Shown here: positions 53,855 to 63,100 of the stretch, in pieces
Layout of the letters: every line of letters begins with the position of its first letter
Position numbering within the stretch: the first letter of the stretch is position 1
Origin: Thermoplasmata archaeon
GTDB taxonomy: Archaea; Thermoplasmatota; Thermoplasmata; UBA10834
DNA: 64,000 bases
NCBI GenBank assembly: GCA_041554135.1
Contig: JBFFML010000008.1
Coordinates: 1,119 to 65,118, forward strand
Reading direction: 5' to 3'
Program-made: the position numbers and the translations under genes
The notes under the pieces: generated by a model
Database searches by the model: none
What the model was told of the DNA's origin: nothing
The model's input: only the letters and a program-made list of their open reading frames with translations

Positions 53855-55321
53855 ATGGCCGCGAAGAAGATGCAGAGAGGGCTGTTCGGCATGAGGCGGC
53901 TCGAGGTCATGGACCAGGCGGGGGCGGAGGCGATACACGTCAACTCGCTCTACCTGCTGGAGCACATGGGCATCAAGGTCGTGAGCGCCCAGGGCAGGGG
54001 CCTTCTGAAGGAGGCGGGGGCGGACGTCGACGAGGGGACGAAGGTCTGCAGGATACCCAGTTACCTCGTCGAGGAGATGATGAGGAAGTGCAAGCGCCCC
54101 GTGAAGATAGCGTCGAGGGACCCGAAGAAGGACTTCGTCCTCGACGGCGCCCACTGCTACACGTGCACGGACGGCGTCGGCCTGTCGACGATAGACCTCG
54201 AGACGGGCGAGAGGAGGCCGTCGACGAAGAAGGACGTCGGCGAGAGCGCGAAGGTCGTCGACTACCTGCCGATGATCCACATGTACAACCCGCTCGTCAC
54301 GCCGCTGGACGTGCCTGAGCACGCGCACACGGTGCACGAGTTCGAGGTGTCGATGGAGAACTGCTCGAAGCACTACACGACGGGCTCGACGTACAAGAAG
54401 GAGGAGGCCATCTACCAGCTGAAGATGGCCGCGGCGATAGTCGGCGGCGAGAAGGAGCTGAGGCGGAGGCCGATCATATCGAACCTCACGTGCACGACGT
54501 CGCCGCTCGTGCTCGGCATGACGACCGACGCGGCGATAGAGTTCAGCAAACGCGGCTGTCCTCCGTTGCTGATGGCGATGCCTCTCGTCGGCGCGACTGC
54601 GCCCATGACGGTCGCCGGGGCGACCCTGCTCGGCAACGCGCAGGTCATCGCGTGCGCCACCGTGCTGCAGCTCGCGGCGCCAGGGTCGCCGCTCTGCTAC
54701 AGCTCTGAACCGATGGCCATGGATGTCCAGACGGGGCTGATGGAGGGGCTGTTCCCCGCGGCGAACATGGTGCGTGCGGCGCACGTGCAGATGGCGAGAT
54801 ACTACAGGATACCCATCTTCATCGGCGGCTGGGGCTCGTGCTCCAAGGTGCCCGACGTGCAGGCGGGCTACGAGAAGGCGTTCTCGGCGTTCATAGCGCA
54901 CCTGTCGGGCGCGGACATCACCTCGGGGCCGGGGCTGCTGGAGAACTGGACGGTGCTGTCGTACGAGCAACTGCTGATCGACCATGAGATGTTCACCATG
55001 ATGGCGGACATGCTGAAGGGCGTCGCGGTGAACGACGACACGATGGCGCTCGACGTCATCGAGGCGGTGGGCCAGGAAGGACACTTCATGGGCAAGAAGC
55101 ACACGATCGACCACGCGAGAGACATGTGGCAGCCGATGGTGACGGACGGGCAGCCGTACAAGAACTGGAAGGCCGCGGGGAGCAAGAGCGCGGCGGACCA
55201 CGCGCGCGAGAAGGCGAAGGAGATACTGAGGACGCACGAGGTCGACCCGCTGCCGGACGACATAAGGAAGGAGCTCGCGGCGATCGTCAAAGAGGCGGAG
55301 AAGAACATACCGGCGAAGTGA
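53855..55321 (+). CDS. MttB-superfamily corrinoid-dependent methyltransferase, no in-frame amber codon
   Basis: ATG 53855 lies 6 nt after the corrinoid gene stop. The ORF is an uninterrupted 488 aa, with AIHVNSLYLLEHMGIKV and EFSKRGCPPLLMAMPLVGATAPMT. Confidence 0.85.
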   Translation: MAAKKMQRGLFGMRRLEVMDQAGAEAIHVNSLYLLEHMGIKVVSAQGRGLLKEAGADVDEGTKVCRIPSYLVEEMMRKCKRPVKIASRDPKKDFVLDGAHCYTCTDGVGLSTIDLETGERRPSTKKDVGESAKVVDYLPMIHMYNPLVTPLDVPEHAHTVHEFEVSMENCSKHYTTGSTYKKEEAIYQLKMAAAIVGGEKELRRRPIISNLTCTTSPLVLGMTTDAAIEFSKRGCPPLLMAMPLVGATAPMTVAGATLLGNAQVIACATVLQLAAPGSPLCYSSEPMAMDVQTGLMEGLFPAANMVRAAHVQMARYYRIPIFIGGWGSCSKVPDVQAGYEKAFSAFIAHLSGADITSGPGLLENWTVLSYEQLLIDHEMFTMMADMLKGVAVNDDTMALDVIEAVGQEGHFMGKKHTIDHARDMWQPMVTDGQPYKNWKAAGSKSAADHAREKAKEILRTHEVDPLPDDIRKELAAIVKEAEKNIPAK

Positions 55322-55363
55322 CCGCTGGGCCGACGACGGATGAAACCCTTTCCGGAAACCACT

Positions 55364-57316
55364 TCACCCTTTGTCCTGTTCGACGCCATCGTCCGACTCG
55401 TCGCGCGCGGCGGCGACCCTGTACCGGCCCTTGGGGACGACCATCTCGAACCTGACGCCCTTGCCCGGCTGGCCGACCTCGCGTATTGATATGTCGGTGA
55501 TGGCGAGGATCTCCTTCGACAGATACAGTCCGAACGACTTCCTCCCAGCCGTCTGCAGGTCCCTGTCGAATACCCGCTCCTTCATCTCCGCGGGTATGCC
55601 GGCGCCGTCGTCCTCGTAGGCGACGACGAGGCCCTCGGGCGTCTCCTCGTACGTGAAGGACACCTTCGTTATCTCCCCGCCGTGCTTTATCGAGTTGTCG
55701 ACGAGGTTGCGGAGCACGCGCGGGAGCATGGGATCGCCGAACACCTCGAGGCCGGCGAGGCCGTTGTGCAGCTGGAACTGCCGCGGGTCGAGCCCGAACA
55801 GGCTGATCGTCAACGCCTCGTCGAGCTTGATCCACTCCGGCATCTTGACGCCTATGCGCTCGTACGTTCCCGTGAACTCGAGGTACCTCTCTATGTTGAG
55901 GGCCGCGTCCTGCACCCTCTTCAGTATCTCGAGCGACCGCTCGTCCTCCAGCGACTCCTCGATGATCGACAGCCAGCCCATGATGACGGACACCTGGTTG
56001 ATCGCGTCGTGGCGCGTGATCGACCCCAGCAGCTGCAGCTTCTTCGTCGCCTGCTCCAGCGCGGCAGTCCTCTCCTTCACCTTCGACTCGAGGTCGTTGT
56101 ACAGCACGTCGAGGTCGGCCGCCATCCGGTTGATGGCCTCCCCGAGCTGACCTATCTCGTCCGAGCTACGCACGTCGACACGCCTGTCGAGGGCGCCCTT
56201 CGACAGGTCGATGGTGGCATCGGTCAGCCTGCGCACGCGCCTCGACACGGAGGAGGAGAACACGTGGGCGATCCCGACCGCCAGGCCGATGACGAATATG
56301 GACGCGACGAGCACCCTCGAGCTGAGCTCGTCGACGGGTGCGAGCACCTCTGAGGCGTCGTGGTCGACGAGTATGATCCAGTTGTTGCCGTCGTACTTCA
56401 TGTACGGCGTGGAGCGGGTGAACGAGAACAACCTCTCGCGGCCGCCCTCCTCGGCGAGGGCATACCCCGTGGGTTGCTCGAGCGCGTGTGCGAAGTACTC
56501 CTCGTCGGACACGTCCTCGAACGCCGTGAACGCCCCGTCGGAGAATATCAGCCGGCCGTCGTCCGTGACGATCCTCATCTTCGTCGTCTCGTACTGCCTG
56601 CCGAAGTACACCGCCTCCTCGGAGACGGCCACGATGTCCAGCAGCGCCATCGCCATGCCCGTGAAGTTGCCGTCCATGTCCAGCAGCTTGGCGTACATAC
56701 GCACGCCGTGTACGTTGGTGAACTCGCAGTCCACTATGTCGCTGAAGGCGTGGCCGACCTCGATCGCCTCAGGCCACCAGGGCGCACCCGTCTGGTCGTA
56801 AGTCATCGTGCGCTGCACCATGCCGATGACGGCGCCGTACTTGTTGACGATGGCTATGTTGCCGTAAATGCCGAGCCCGTGCTCCTGGAGGTAGTGCTCG
56901 TACAGCATGGCCCGGAGGTATTGGGATATGTCGTTGGCGATGATGTCATCCATGAACGGCGTCGTCTCGCCGATAGGCGTCGACACCCACTCGTCGTTGA
57001 CGGAGTCGATGTACGCCTCGCGGTCCTCCATCTCCTCGAACTCGAGGTTGGACTTGGCCAGCTCCATCTGTATAGACAGGCCGCTCCCATGGAGCCACAC
57101 CTCGTGGTACTTCTGGTAGATCGACCTCCCGACGGCGGTGGATATGAACTCGGCCGTGTGCACGCTGTCCGTCCCTACGGAGTCCACAAGCGCGTCTCTG
57201 GACTCGTCGAGGACGTACACGGTGAGCCCCGCGAGGATGACCACGACGACGAGGAAGACGGAGACTATCCTGACGCCCAGTTTGGTGGACCTGAGGCCGC
57301 GGAGGTGCGAAGTCAC
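55364..57316 (-). CDS. Membrane sensor histidine kinase (extracytoplasmic Cache-like domain, HAMP, HATPase)
   Basis: TM segment IVSVFLVVVVILAGLTVYVL, then a periplasmic domain of about 280 aa and a second TM. HAMP: RVRRLTDATIDLSKGALDRRVDVRSSDEIGQLGEAINRMA. Phospho-acceptor region: SITRHDAINQ. ATPase: VLRNLVDNSIKHG, EDDGAGIP and GLYLSKEI. GTG 57316 overlaps the upstream stop (GTGA). Confidence 0.8.
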   Translation of the reverse strand: MTSHLRGLRSTKLGVRIVSVFLVVVVILAGLTVYVLDESRDALVDSVGTDSVHTAEFISTAVGRSIYQKYHEVWLHGSGLSIQMELAKSNLEFEEMEDREAYIDSVNDEWVSTPIGETTPFMDDIIANDISQYLRAMLYEHYLQEHGLGIYGNIAIVNKYGAVIGMVQRTMTYDQTGAPWWPEAIEVGHAFSDIVDCEFTNVHGVRMYAKLLDMDGNFTGMAMALLDIVAVSEEAVYFGRQYETTKMRIVTDDGRLIFSDGAFTAFEDVSDEEYFAHALEQPTGYALAEEGGRERLFSFTRSTPYMKYDGNNWIILVDHDASEVLAPVDELSSRVLVASIFVIGLAVGIAHVFSSSVSRRVRRLTDATIDLSKGALDRRVDVRSSDEIGQLGEAINRMAADLDVLYNDLESKVKERTAALEQATKKLQLLGSITRHDAINQVSVIMGWLSIIEESLEDERSLEILKRVQDAALNIERYLEFTGTYERIGVKMPEWIKLDEALTISLFGLDPRQFQLHNGLAGLEVFGDPMLPRVLRNLVDNSIKHGGEITKVSFTYEETPEGLVVAYEDDGAGIPAEMKERVFDRDLQTAGRKSFGLYLSKEILAITDISIREVGQPGKGVRFEMVVPKGRYRVAAARDESDDGVEQDKG

Positions 57317-58506
57317 AGATACGAAAGTTCCCCCTCCATTACGAACGACGGGTAGACGGGTATGAGGAAGTCGTGTGTGCCGGCCTCGATCCTCAAGTTC
57401 CCCATGACGCCCGAGAACACGAAGTCGTTGGCGAGCTGCTGCCTGAGGATGTCCCTCGAGACGTCATGGCCCTCGAGGAGGTCGTGGACCAGGTGGACGA
57501 TGTCATAGCTCACCGCCGCGTGATGGGAGTACGGTATGGCGAACTCCTCCGTGAACTTCTTGGTGAACTCGATGGCGAGTATGTTCTCGGTCTTGTAGAG
57601 TATCGGCGACGAGACGAACACGCGGCCCTGAGGCAGCGCCTCCCGCAGCCTGGGGGAGGAGGCGCAGCTCGAAGCCATCATGTAGCCGTCGTACCCGCTC
57701 TCGTTTAGCGCCGATAGCATGGCGACCATGACGCCGCATCGCGCCACGGCGAATATCGCCTCCGAATCGCTGAGCGCCTCTATCTCGTCGGTGAAGTCGG
57801 TGTCGTCGACGTCGCAAGCCTGCGACTTGACTGTTCCGCCGGCCGCAGTGAACTCCTCTACCAGGAGGGCGTTGAGCCCGCACCCGTGAGGCGAGGAGGA
57901 GTAGAGCACCCCGAGCGAGCCGACCTCGAGCATCTCGAGGATCCTTATGGTGGAGTTGGCCTCGAGCTCGGAGGACACGCAGTACCGGTAGCTCCACTCG
58001 TAGCCTTCCATCAGTCCCGGCGCGGACGCGAACCCAAGGAGCGGCGCCTCCGCCGCCTCCGCGAGAGGCGCGAGTAGGGTCAGCAGCTCACAGCTGATCG
58101 TGGTGTAGGCGAGCGGGCGTACGTCACGTTCGAGCCGCTCGAACATGGAGGCCACGGCATCGGGGTCGACCTTCGTCTCCACGATGACCAGCTCCATCTC
58201 CGTGTTGCCTATCCCTCCCCAGTGATTCAGCTCGTCGACCGCCATCGTCATGGCGGACTTTATCTCAGGCGTGTGTGACAGCGGCGAGTCCTCAGCGGGC
58301 AGGATGACACAGATGACAGCGGTTTCGGATGAGGGGGCGAGCACGACCAGCGCCGACAGGCCCGCGACGAGCACGATGGAGGCGACGACGAGGGTGCGTA
58401 ACCTGTTCCTCATCAGGGGTTCCGCGCGTCCCCGCTGCTTTGGGGGGGCGACCTCTCCGGACGCGCCCGCGTCCATGTTGTCTTCCCGGCCTTCTGTGGA
58501 CGACAT
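57313..58506 (-). CDS. Membrane-anchored type-1 periplasmic binding protein (LivK/amide-receptor-like)
   Basis: Anchor LVVASIVLVAGLSALVVLAP, then ICVILPAEDSPLSHTPEIKSAMTMAVDELN and later PBP1-like blocks. The start is ATG 58506, GTG 58515 or ATG 58413. Confidence 0.7.
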   Translation of the reverse strand: MSSTEGREDNMDAGASGEVAPPKQRGRAEPLMRNRLRTLVVASIVLVAGLSALVVLAPSSETAVICVILPAEDSPLSHTPEIKSAMTMAVDELNHWGGIGNTEMELVIVETKVDPDAVASMFERLERDVRPLAYTTISCELLTLLAPLAEAAEAPLLGFASAPGLMEGYEWSYRYCVSSELEANSTIRILEMLEVGSLGVLYSSSPHGCGLNALLVEEFTAAGGTVKSQACDVDDTDFTDEIEALSDSEAIFAVARCGVMVAMLSALNESGYDGYMMASSCASSPRLREALPQGRVFVSSPILYKTENILAIEFTKKFTEEFAIPYSHHAAVSYDIVHLVHDLLEGHDVSRDILRQQLANDFVFSGVMGNLRIEAGTHDFLIPVYPSFVMEGELSYL

Positions 58507-58603
58507 GCTCCTCACCGTGAAATATGACCATTGGCGATGTAATACTTCGCTCGGGCGCTTTACGTTTGAAAGGCGCCGTGGGCGGCCCCCATCTCGTCAC
58601 GAA

Positions 58604-58649
58604 GCCTCAAATCGCGTTTGAGGCCTCGGAGGCCTGATGCCCGGGCATC
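58604..58649. repeat. Three abutting inverted repeats in the rubrerythrin / binding-protein intergenic region
   Basis: (1) gcctcaaa (58604-58611) pairs with tttgaggc (58617-58624), with a 5-nt loop. (2) aggcctc-g-gaggcct (58621-58635) is a palindrome with 7-bp arms. (3) gatgcccgggcatc (58636-58649) is a perfect 14-bp palindrome. All three were verified base by base. Confidence 0.85.
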
Positions 58650-58725
58650 GTATGCCCCGAGCACCCCATATTCGTTGTACCGAAAGGAAACGGGCGTCTC
58701 GCGCGCGTCCGTGCGCGGGAGGCGA

Positions 58726-59229
58726 TCAGAACTTCGAGAACAGCTCCTTCTTCGCGCCGCATATCGGGCAGTTGTCCGGCGGGTTGCCCTCGACGGTGTA
58801 GCCGCACACGGGGCAGACATGGAGGTCGCCGAACTCGGCGTCCGAGCCGGCGTCGACGGCCTCCTTCGCCTTCGCGTACAGCTTCGCGTGTATCTTCTCC
58901 ACCTCGTAGGCGAAGTGCAGGCTCCTGAGGGCGTTTTTCTCCCCCTGGTGCTCCGCCACCGCCTCGAAGGCGGGGTACATCTCGTCCACCTCGTGGTTCT
59001 CCCCCTCGATCGCGTGCTCGAGGTTGGCGTCCGTGTCGCCTATGTTGCCCAGCACGCGCCAGTGGTTGATCGCGTGCACCTTCTCCGCGGAGGCGACTGC
59101 CCTGAAAAGCCTCGCAACGGCGGGCTTGCCCTCCTTCTCGGCCCTGTCGGCCCAGATGGTGTACTTCATGTACGCCTGGCTCTCTCCCGCATACGCCTCT
59201 TCCAGATTGCGCTGAGTCATCTTGTGCAT
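58726..59229 (-). CDS. rbr: Rubrerythrin
   Basis: ORF 58726..59448 trimmed to ATG 59229 (MHKMTQRNLEEAYAGESQA) or ATG 59220. Diiron four-helix motifs: EGENHE and E..IH. C-terminal rubredoxin: CPVCGYTVEGNPPDNCPICGAKKE. Confidence 0.9.
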   Translation of the reverse strand: MHKMTQRNLEEAYAGESQAYMKYTIWADRAEKEGKPAVARLFRAVASAEKVHAINHWRVLGNIGDTDANLEHAIEGENHEVDEMYPAFEAVAEHQGEKNALRSLHFAYEVEKIHAKLYAKAKEAVDAGSDAEFGDLHVCPVCGYTVEGNPPDNCPICGAKKELFSKF

Positions 59230-59375
59230 GTGACCTCGCCTCTTGCCGACACCGCGGGCTGCGGTGGCTGGCCGTGTGAGCATGACGACGGGATAAAAAC
59301 TCTTCGCCTTCCCGCAGCATGAGACGCACCAGCCGCCAACATTTGTATAACCGTAAGGGCCTTCGCCGGGATGAC

Positions 59376-59933
59376 ATGGACCCGTTCCAGCACCTGATAC
59401 TGCCGCTCGTCTTCCTGCTCGCCCTGAGGGTGGACACGCGCAAGGCAATCATGTTCGCGCCGTTGGCCGTCCTGCCCGACTTCGACGCGCTGTTCGGCCT
59501 GCACAGAGCCCTGGGTCACAGCTTCATACCCATACTCGTCCTGCCCATGCTCGTCTTCCTGTACGCGAGGCTCTACCGGCCCGACTGGATGATGTCGGCA
59601 CTGATCGTCCAGTTCTACCTCGCGTCGCACGTGATCCTCGACCTAGGCGGCGTGGCGTTCCTGTGGCCGATCGTGTCCGAGCAGTTCTATTTCGAGCCTA
59701 CCATAACCTTCGCGATGGACGGCGGCCCGCTCTTAGGGTTCGAGCTCGAATACGGCATGCGCGAGCTGCCGGACATGTGCACCACGAGCTTCCTCTCAGG
59801 CGCTGGCATGGCGCTGCTGCTCCTCGGGGCGCTCATGGCCGTCGTCTTCCGGGCGGAGGCGATGGACGCACTGAGAAAGGTATGGTCGGCAGTCAGGGAT
59901 TCGCTGAGAACGCTCTTCCGCCGGCGGGTATAG
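59376..59933 (+). CDS. Membrane-bound metal-dependent hydrolase, YdjM/DUF457-like
   Basis: Start at ATG 59376 (MDPFQHLILPLVFLL). Motifs: LPDFDALFGLHRALGHSF and ASHVILD. Confidence 0.6.
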   Translation: MDPFQHLILPLVFLLALRVDTRKAIMFAPLAVLPDFDALFGLHRALGHSFIPILVLPMLVFLYARLYRPDWMMSALIVQFYLASHVILDLGGVAFLWPIVSEQFYFEPTITFAMDGGPLLGFELEYGMRELPDMCTTSFLSGAGMALLLLGALMAVVFRAEAMDALRKVWSAVRDSLRTLFRRRV

Positions 59934-60050
59934 GGTGATATTTAAACCATCCTGCGGCCGCGCGCACGCTGGCAGGGAACGCGGTCGGGGGCGGCTAACA
60001 GATCGTCCGCGCCAGTGCCGTTATCAAGTTCGATAACCCAGGGCCTTCCA

Positions 60051-60058
60051 TATAAATA
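60051..60058 (+). promoter_or_regulatory. Candidate TATA box for the giant surface-protein gene
   Basis: caTATAAATAg lies 52-59 nt upstream of ATG 60110. GAGGT (60097-60101) sits 8 nt before the ATG. Confidence 0.4.
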
Positions 60059-60109
60059 GCGTCGGAAAGAGTAGATATCCTCGCTCAAGGGCGAGCGAGG
60101 TCCAGAGAC

Positions 60110-63100
60110 ATGTCCGAACGGAGCACGGAGCGGAGCCGCTCCTTTGCCTCACCGATCGCACTGTTGTTCGCAGCCATGATGCTCGCCCCCCTCCTCGCCC
60201 TTGCGCCATACATATCATCCGACCCCGTCGATACCGACAACGTCGATTACACGAGGACTGTCGCGTGGGACATGGACACGCCTGGAGACTACTCCCTGTC
60301 GGGCATGATTGTCGCCGATGGCGAGGCGTCCCTAGCGATGGTCAACGAGTCGAAGACCGAGGACTCCGCCGAGGACTACGCCTCCGGAACCCAGGCCAAC
60401 CTCGACACGGACTATGTCCCAGGCTCGATCATACTCGACGAGACATCATCGTTCACCACCACGGTGACGCTGCAGCCTGACGCAGCCGCCGGCGAGGACT
60501 CGTACATCAGCGAGGAGAGTACCACGGTCAACTATGGCGCCGAGCGCTCGCTGAGGATCGACTCGGAGACGGACAAGGCGTACCGCATGCTCTTGAGATT
60601 CAACTTTACGGGCGTGCCCTCGGGGGCATACATCAACGATGCGACGCTGGATTTGTACTTGACCCCCGGAGCAAAGGGCGACGACATCGTATACGGCATC
60701 CACGCGCTCAACACGTCTTTCGACGAGCACGAGGTCACCTGGAACAGGGCGACGATATCCAAGCCATGGGACACCCCCGGAGGCGACTTCTCGTCCGCGC
60801 CGTACAGCGTGGGGGTGATAGACAGCCAGGCGAACTGGAAATCGTTCGTGATCACCAACCTCGTGGAGGGATGGATAAGGGAGACGATCGCCAACAACGG
60901 CATGATATTCGTCCCCGAAGAAGGCGCAGACGACTCGTTGAAGGAGTTCTACTCATCCGACGAGACGAGCTGGACCACGAACACGCCCAAGCTCACCATC
61001 AACTACACAGTGCAAGGCAACGAGGGAGCCTATGAGTCCGCCCCGCTCGGCCCTGGCACCAACTCGACGTTCACATCGATGAACTGGTCGAACGGCACGG
61101 TGTCGTTCGCGTCCGACGAGTTCTCGGAGTCGCCGCTGTCGCCGGAATGGCTCTGGCTCAACAACCCCCTGACCCAGGGCGGCAGCTACAATGTGGGCGT
61201 GACGCTCCCGGGATGGTTGTATGTCGTGGGCTCGCCGAACTCAGTGAACGTTGACACGAGCGTGGAAGCCAATTACATGTACCAGAAGGTGACGGGGGAT
61301 TTCGAGGCCACGTTGTCGCTGATGGAGTACTTCACCGTCGACTACATGGACGCGGGCATACTCGTCATGGAGAACGAGGCGAGCTGGCTGTCGATAGCGA
61401 AGGCGGACGACGACGCCAACGGGAAGATAGAGGTTGTCCTCTGCCAGGATGGCGTGAGCGGCGTCGTGGCCACGCTGCCATGGCCGGACCTCGCGACGGC
61501 GCACCTGAAGATCGTGAGGAACTCGACTGGGTTCTGGCTTTCCGCGGGAACCGACGGGCAGTCGTGGACGGATGTGCACCACCACGAGCCACCGGTGGCG
61601 ATGGCGCTGAAAGTCATGGTGGGCCTGTTCGTCGCGTCCGACTCAGGCGCCCAGCCGAACGTGGCTTTCGACTTCCTCAGGATAGAGCCTCTGGCCGAAC
61701 CGGTGTTCCAGATCATGGTACGCACCGGCAACTCGACATCGCTGTCGGACCCGTCCTGGACCGATTGGTCCTCCCCGCTAGTGGAGGGCGAGCCTCTGCC
61801 GAACGTCATCTGCAAGTACTTCAGATACCGCGTTTACCTCTCGTGCCTGAAGGAGTGGTACACCCCGTGCTTCTCCGGCATGACGGCCCACTGGGAGAGG
61901 TTCTCGCCGACGGGGTCCATCGAGACAGCGGACTACTTGGCGCCCGACTTCAGCTCGTGGCTGTCGTTCAGCGCCGACCATAACGATTCTCAGGGCCGTG
62001 TGAACTACTCGTTCTCTACCGACGGCGGCGCGACCTGGAACTACATAACCTCGGGAGCGTACTCGCCTATGGCCTCGCTCGAGCCGTCCATAAGGGTGAG
62101 GGCGGATGTCATGGCCTACGACACGCTCGCCACGCCGACGATAAGCAGCATCCGACTCACATACGGCACGGCACTATCGACTTTCTACATCGAGGCGCCG
62201 TCCGTCGTCACGGTCGGCGACGAGTTCCCGGTCGAGATCTGGGCCAAGAATAGCGAGAACAAGACCACCACGCAGCTGACCGGGGCGATCTCGCTCCACG
62301 CGATGGACTCGATGGGGCTGCACGACGCCTCCGACGAGCTTCAGGTGACCTCCTGGCTCATCGCGAGCGCGGGGCACGCGCTCATATCGTCGCAGCGGTA
62401 CCTCACCGCGGAGACGATAACGATCCAGGTGCGGCAGGACAACGTCACTGGCCTGAGCGCGCCCATCACATTCCTGCCGGGGCCCATGGCGGCCGTCCAC
62501 ATCCTCCCCTACGACGCGGACAGCATCCTGGAGGGCACGACGATGACGCTGGAGGGGCTCGCGACGGACGTCTACGGCAACGAGGTGCCCGACGCGGAGT
62601 TCTCGTGGACCATAACGGAAGGGCTGGGCGAGCTCAGCTCGACCACCGGCTCGTCGGTGGTCTTCTACCCCGCGGAGGCACACTCCACGGGATACATCAA
62701 CATCTCATCGGGCGGCTTCACGGAGTCGCGGTTCTTCACGGTGGAGTGCATAGGCCATCCGCCGGTCTTCGTCAGCGCCATACCCGACCAGGCGGCGGTC
62801 GAGGACGGCCCCACATGGACCTACGACCTCGACCCTCACGTGTACGACGCTGGTGACGGCATCGAGGACCTCAGATGGTACGTCACCGGCGAGAGCCTCG
62901 TGACCGCGAGCAACGAGAACAAGACGGGCCACATGACGCTCACGCTCACCCCCAAGCCGGACCTCTACGGGCACGACGTGCTCGACCTGTTCGTCGTGGA
63001 CTCCGAGGGGGAGTCGGCCTGGACGCAGGTCGTGGTGGACATCGAGCCCGTGAACGACGCACCCACGATAAGCGAGATCAAGCCGCTCGTAGTGGACTTC

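Noticed and set aside
52886-55237. 783-aa minus-strand ORF across the corrinoid protein and MttB-like genes
   Set aside because: It has the same antisense artefact signature (RRHLVR-type composition). The plus strand encodes two well-supported family members.
8346-55321. Possibility that the three MttB-family genes are pyrrolysine (TAG read-through) genes
   Set aside because: Each is a single uninterrupted ORF of full family length (about 477-488 aa). No same-frame ORF pair split by TAG is present, and no pyl genes are in the window. The residue at the Pyl-equivalent position still needs checking by alignment.
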